Shown piece after piece: positions 62,834 to 64,000 of a stretch of DNA of 64,000 nt. Origin of the DNA: the human T2T-CHM13v2.0 reference genome, Homo sapiens. How positions within the stretch are numbered: position 1 is the first letter of the stretch; every line of letters starts with the position of its first letter. Location: the NCBI RefSeq assembly GCF_009914755.1, contig NC_060927.1. One strand, written 5' to 3'. Under the pieces are notes generated by a model. The model ran no database searches and was not told the DNA's origin. It was given only the letters and a program-made list of their open reading frames with translations. The position numbers and the translations under genes are program-made.

Positions 62834-62854
62834 CGGCTCTATTTTTTTTTTTTT

Positions 62855-63455
62855 TAATTTAGCTGAACTGCAATTACAATTCCCAGAATCTCCTTCCTTT
62901 TATGGTTCCAAGCTACCAATTGGCCATAAGAAAATTCTGCATGGGGTTAAAAGGCAGTAATACAACAATGGTCATGTTTATGCTTGAAGGGTTGGTGCAG
63001 AGTCAGGATTGGTTGTAGCTCATGCACCTTATCACAGGTATTCTGGCTTGCCTGGTTGGTGTGAGGCAGTAGTCGAGCACTGTTCTTCCAACTCTGGCTA
63101 GGTCTCATCCTTCACCTTCTGTGAACCCTGGGCCAGGATTCTGTTTATCTCCATAAGAGGATTGGCTTCTCCAGCAGATCACTCTCATTAACCAAGCAGG
63201 AAGCATGGAATTGAGTCCCAGATCTCCTCAGAGGTTCCAGCTGGTCCTGCTCTTCCTATTTAACAGCGACTTTTCTTTTTTTGCACAGCAAGCCCTGCTG
63301 ATATCAGGCACAGAACTAGATGCAAACACAGTAGCCCCACATCTACTGTTTCACCAGCTCCCACAATATTAAATGGTAAAATCTCTATGAGAAGCCCCAT
63401 ATTTTCAGTCACTCCTGGAACATTCACTTCTCTGATCAATTCCTGCCTGATGCCA
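62855..63455 (+). mobile_element. Probable old ERVL-class LTR (family not resolved)
   Basis: ccagctcccacaat...aaatctctat...cacttctctgatcaattcctgcctgat resembles 3' ends of LTR16/LTR41-group elements. Confidence 0.4.
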
Positions 63456-63849
63456 TGGACAAAAAAAAAAGGTTTCGATTTCACAACTTTGGGCAAGAGG
63501 CATTTCAGCCTGCTTTGGCCTGATTGTACTTGTGCTGCTATATGGGGGTATGGGTGTGGACAGGTGGGGTTAAGGTAAGAATGGTGATTCATGAGGGGAA
63601 GATTCTCCAAGGGGTGTCCCTTGTGTGAATACAGCAACATTACTAAAATAATATAAAAACACTCTACGGGGAAATGAGAAGTGAGGAAGGTAAAGGGAGC
63701 AGACTGGGGACAAATTGGAGAGTCTACCTCTTTAAGAGGAGGCAGCAAATCTGAAACCCACTGTTATTAGGTGAGAAGAATGACATTCAGATTGCTGGAT
63801 CTGATTTCATAAAAGGTTGGAAATTGAAGTTCTTATACAAAATTTCCCA

Positions 63850-64000
63850 TTTTTTTAATTGATTTTATTTAATTTTTAATTGTTATGGGTACACAGTAGG
63901 TGTATATATTTATGGGATACATGTTTTGATAAAGGCATGCAATGGAGTAATCACATCATATGGGGTACATCTTTTGATAAAGGCATCCAATAATAATAAC
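63850..64000 (-). mobile_element. L1MA (about MA1-3) 3' end, running off the window
   Basis: T-rich tail then tgggtacacagtaggtgtatatatttatggg...ttttgataaaggcatgcaatg...aatcacatca. Confidence 0.8.

Noticed and set aside
63260-63748. 162-aa minus-strand ORF
   Set aside because: It has a non-ATG start, overlaps a probable LTR relic and shows no recognisable domain.

Overview
Primate (human-like, hominid) genomic DNA. It is AT-rich and mostly interspersed repeats, and I could not recognise any protein-coding host gene. It holds two full-length (~6.05 kb) but inactivated young LINE-1s in direct orientation on the minus strand (24232-30284, L1HS/L1PA2-like; ~51549-57595, L1PA3-like). It also holds a 3'-truncated HERV-L provirus with its MLT2A 5' LTR (35566-39941), a 5'-inverted L1PA, a tail-less internal L1PA fragment lodged in an old L1MC, and an old U6 snRNA retrocopy abutting an L1M (putative U6/L1 chimera). 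About ten Alus, MaLR/ERVL solo LTRs, hAT DNA-transposon relics, MIRs and L2 fragments make up the rest. The most unusual signal is that the two full-length L1s differ at subfamily-diagnostic sites yet share several non-consensus, non-CpG variants (ORF1 VE>AQ; ORF2 Y>D, T>P, I>M, N>K; a strengthened antisense splice donor). This suggests patchy gene conversion between neighbours 27 kb apart, although an assembly artefact is not excluded. A few candidate plus-strand exons hint at a spliced lncRNA. Repeat names and consensus comparisons come from my recall of consensus sequences, not from a database run, and boundaries of old repeats are approximate.
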